From: Lingula anatina
Lineage: Eukaryota > Animalia > Brachiopoda
Direction of reading: 5' to 3'
DNA: 64,000 bases
NCBI GenBank assembly: GCA_051362555.1
Contig: CM120642.1
Location: 30,256,001-30,320,000 of the forward strand
Under the pieces are notes generated by a model. That model had not been told where the DNA came from. It saw nothing but the letters and a program-made list of their open reading frames with translations, and ran no database searches. Of this stretch, positions 59,739 to 64,000 are shown piece after piece. The translations under genes and the position numbers were made by a program. Numbering within the stretch: the first letter of the stretch is position 1; each line of letters opens with the position of its first letter.

Positions 59739-61688
59739 TATAATTTCAAATATTTACTTAAGTGCTACAGTACTTTATATTATAGGAAACCATTATCATA
59801 TGAGGAGTGCTAGTGGCGGATAGCCCGCATCATTTCCTAATGCATTTGTCACACTCACTGGTTTCACCGAGACGTTTCTTTAAATACACCTTCTCTTAGT
59901 AATGCCACATTCAACTTTGACCTTACAGTCACTTGGCAGTTTGCAATGCAACCTCTAAGCATGCATGCATTCTGGTTTAAACCGGATCTCAATTATTCTG
60001 GATGCATTAAATAAGAAGTTGTTTTCGTGCATTTGTTGGTGGCTGACAGCTGAGACCCAGAGTTTCTCGTGCAGGTCAACTGAAGCTGCGTTTGATCCCG
60101 GGTGTGAGCACTGTACGTTGGTTTGAGCAACGCCGTCTCTATAACGAAGGGGACAAGGTAAGGTGTTAACTTAACGTTTATCTTGATGTGTGCTTTCAAT
60201 ATGTGTTCAATACTGCACATTGACCGTGCACATGCGCTTATTATAGATTTTTAATATTATCGATTGAAGGGCCAACATAGGTTATATATCTGTTGAAAAA
60301 GGACGGTTAGTACTGCACCCTTATGTAAGCTTATCACAATCAATTAGATAAGAAATGTAGTCACTGACCTCAGATTACGTTCACTTCATCTGTACTTGAC
60401 ATTGTGAAAATTTTATATCATTTTCTGATATACATTGCCATGTTTGAAGTATGTACTAATTTTTTATTCATACATTACAACTGTCATGTACGTACGTCTG
60501 ATTATCTTCATTTTGCTCACCGTATGTCGAGTACATATTATGCTCACCAACCTCTGGGGAGCAAACAACCCCGTCAGCAGTTGAAGATGGAGTGCTGCAT
60601 GATTAGTCATTCAATGCCAAATATTTTATGACCGTCTACCCAAGCGACCCAGTTGTCAGACTTGTCCTCATCTATGCCTGTGTCATAATATAGACTTATG
60701 TTATAATACACTCCCGGACGTTTGGTCCAGCCGGTACCTTGTGTATATAGCCCCACGAGCGGTCCGTGCCTTTTGGCGTTTATAGGTACACCGTACAGAC
60801 CGTTGAAATGCTCGCTGCTTTATCAGGCATGCTAGAAAATCTAAGGAATAGTTTATTGATTTCTCTTTTACATTTAAGGTACAAGAAGTGGGTCATGTAT
60901 ACGTATGTAAACCGAGGGTGTAAAATACGCAGTCTAGGCCATAATTTTTCACAGAGTTACTGGGTACCAGTGTATGTCAGGTTAAGGGAGACATATAATA
61001 AATACACTCACCTGTATTTGCATTGAGTCTAGACTCTCGTAACCCAGATAAGTTATTCCACCAAGAATTTTCGATATGATGCCATACTGAGCGATAGATC
61101 GATACATAAACACAAGTATAAGTAGTATATTACAGATTCTTTCCGAGAAAATCGTGAACAAGCGCAAGAAAGATCAACACCGTGTTCTGCATTAAACAGC
61201 AGTCATCTCTTGCAATTAGAATTGCTGAAATATACAATATTGATTTTATTTCGTAAACCCGAAATACATGGATAAAGTAGGCAAAGGATAACCTTTTTAA
61301 ATTGTTTTTAAAATTCAGCAACGTGTACCATGTAACTCACTTATGTGCGTGTGTTTGTGTGTTTCAATTCAAAATGGTGGGAAAGATCGCACTATTCATG
61401 TGTATTTTTATTCAAAAATCAATATTCAAGCACATAGCGATATGTCAACTTTTTACCCTTTGTTTGTGATCACGAGGAGACCTATTTATTCCTACGCTGC
61501 GTCCTCACGTGGTGTGGAAGTTTGGTGACAAATACTTTTAGGATCTAAGCCAAATCTAATTCAGAGTCAATTATAATGGCAGTAGACTCGGCTTTAAAAC
61601 CCGCGCTCAAAACGAACTGAGCAAAAACAGGCAAAAGCCCATTCATTGCAACTAGTGCTGTGGAACTCCTCAGATATCATCAAGTCTG

Positions 61689-61724
<36 letters not shown>

Positions 61725-62509
61725 GTGTGCGCGCGAGCGTGTGTGTTTGGGGGGGGGGGGTGCATGACAATGGATGTATTTAAAAAGTTGGCAACTGTGT
61801 ACGATAAAATCGCAATGGACAAATGACAATTTTCGAAAAAAAGTCATGTAGATCTCTGTTAAGGACATTAGGATTTCATGTCATATGTTTTCGACCTGAG
61901 CGGAGTCTCTTGGTGTCATATGCACGTGAATCCAGAGTGATCCCAACACGTTACCAACGTGACAAAACACAGTGATTTTGGTTATCTATAGGCCGTATCC
62001 AAAAAGTATTTGATGGTGTCACGGGGTTTTTGAAAAGTAATATTAATAGTCTAGTATAATGTGTGTGGCCAATTTGAATCATCATCACGTGTTGCGAACT
62101 AAAGCACGTGTTGCCCATGTTTCGTTTTTAAATTGACATCTTAATTCGATTGAAATACTGTTGCCAGAATCAAGAGTAGTTTGTGTTCGTGTTGTACTAG
62201 GCCTACTATTGGTCACTACACGATATCCTAGCAACAAAATGAAAAATATGATGTCGTGTCTTTTGCGTGAAAAGTGCATAAGAAACATACAACTAAACCC
62301 ACCTTTGCTGCTGGTCTCTCTTAGCTATGGTTTTTACCTTCAATGAAAGGAGGTACGAGAATTTTTTTAGTCCTTAGTAGCTGTGAAGAATGACATGAAG
62401 ATTTTTCATATAGCTGAGACGGATTTTTTTCACTATAAAAAGGATGAATTTTAGGGGGCTTAGCTAAGCCTGGTAAACTTGGATAGGCAGTGGTGGATTT
62501 AGAGGGGAG

Positions 62510-62541
<32 letters not shown>

Positions 62542-62563
62542 TTCGATTTCTGGTCCCGACGGC

Positions 62564-62635
62564 ACCGATTTTTCTAATGTTAAAAATACATGATTGAGTG
62601 ATATTTGATATTTGTCTATCCATGGAGAGAGTGGG
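62564..62635 (-). mobile_element. short fragment of a related L2/CR1-group LINE RT
   Basis: TLSMDRQISNITQSCIFNIRKIG vs [23 protein letters not shown] in the 45082 ORF. Confidence 0.7.
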
Positions 62636-63874
62636 CTTGGTCCGAAAAAACATTCAAGAGGTTAGAGCTACAACTGAATTTCGACTTCCTGGACTTATAT
62701 GAAGCGACCAATGGAATGCCCAGTGGCAAAGGCAAAGATTTTACGACATATTATCTTGATCTTGAATGATGCAACATGTCGTGTTCTTCTGATGAAGTAT
62801 AAACATTGAATGTTAATTGCAAATTTGTATCCCAATAAATGATTGGCATTTTATTCTCAGTGTTTAAAAAATAAGTTATCATTTTACTGATACAGTGATA
62901 AAATTGTATGCCTTTGGAAAGTTAAGAAACATATTCTTTCCTGTCCAAATTGAACATAGCCCTGTCCTCTATATAAAGCCGTTAACAAACCCACTACATA
63001 CGTACATCCATCGACGCGTTTACAAATCAGCTTGCCTTGTTTAAGGTTAAAAGAATAGCGAAAGAAGACGAATTGTAAACATATAAAAACTAGATTCTGT
63101 AAGTTCTCATTAGAAGAATACTGGTGGAGTCAACCGATATTGTATTGACTTTCTGGTCTAATTTGCTTTATCAGTCTCTGTGTATTTACATTTTTAGTGT
63201 TATCGTGTCGTCTTATGTCAACCTTATACTATAAGCAAATCTTTTGAACTTCAAAATCACTCAGATGTTGGAGTTGAAAAAGCCGATGTCAGATAAATCA
63301 CTATTTGACCCAAGGGCGAAGTTTTAAGGTCAAAGAACGAGATAAGCATCCCGTTGGACAGTTACAAGTTCGTTTCTCTAGTAGTCGAGGTGAGAGAGGA
63401 AATTATATGTTTCTGTATTAAGCATGAGGAAGCTCTTTCATAGTTTTAGCTTTGTTTTCTAAGAAAAAAAAAAAACTAGCAGAGAGATGTTTTGAGAAGT
63501 GCATCCTGCAGCACATACTTAAAATCTTCAGGATGCCGCATTGTGCTTTTTACAATGAAGGTCATTGGAAACAAGTCTTCCTTAACTCATAACAAGGACT
63601 GCATGTTATTCAATACGAGGGTGATTTTTTAAAATATATTCCCCTTCCTGTATTTCACTTTGTTGCAGAGCAGGTGGATGAACAATATTGTATATATTCA
63701 TGACAAACCAGGCTTTATTTAATGGTGCTTTTTATTTTTCTTACTCTACAATTAATATAAAAATTGATAACGAACTGACGTGTTTTTATTTGATTCTAAT
63801 TATATACTCCTGTTTTTGTAGTCCTAAAAAGTAGTTTATTTTCCAGTGCATTGTAAAAACAGACACGGGATAAA

Positions 63875-64000
63875 ATGGATCTTCCTAACAACGAAACAAG
63901 TGATGCTCAGCACAACAAGGAAATTAATAAAAACAACAGCGTTGACATCAAAGACAAAGTTCCACTCGAAGACGTCAACTGCAAAATGGTCAAAGAGAAG
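63875..64000 (+). CDS. probable N-terminus of a further gene (open to the window end); product unknown
   Basis: acceptor tttattttccag| at 63846; aaaATGg context; MDLPNNETSDAQHNKEINKNNSVDIKDKVPLEDVNCKMVKEK without a stop; candidate upstream donors at 60158 and ~63390. Confidence 0.4.
   Translation, partial: MDLPNNETSDAQHNKEINKNNSVDIKDKVPLEDVNCKMVKEK

Overview
AT-rich, intron-containing animal DNA, probably a marine invertebrate (inferred from the repeat repertoire). It holds (i) an 8-exon NAGPA (uncovering enzyme) gene on + (1521-6520) that lacks the vertebrate EGF/TM/cytosolic tail, and (ii) two head-to-head stomatin/MEC-2-like (SPFH/band 7) paralogs with identical internal exon sizes: gene 1 on - (9126-19688, with a distal alternative first exon at 37224-37305) and gene 2 on + (40032-56749). 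A further gene probably starts at the right edge. The most striking feature is in gene 1: two tandem 56-nt mutually exclusive exons that encode the same peptide except for one residue (Leu/Thr) despite heavy synonymous divergence. A strand-specific hairpin and a UGCAUG motif lie between them. Gene 2 appears to keep a decayed relic of the upstream alternative exon, and the last exons of the two paralogs share a gene-conversion-like tract. Mobile DNA includes a 4.25-kb Helentron/HINE-like element carrying a 146-bp satellite rich in AGGTCA sites, a 2.5-kb EnSpm-like TIR element, a 5'-truncated L2/CR1-group LINE with an open RT frame, and several MITE families. All exon models were read by eye from splice signals and protein similarity; no alignments or database searches were run.
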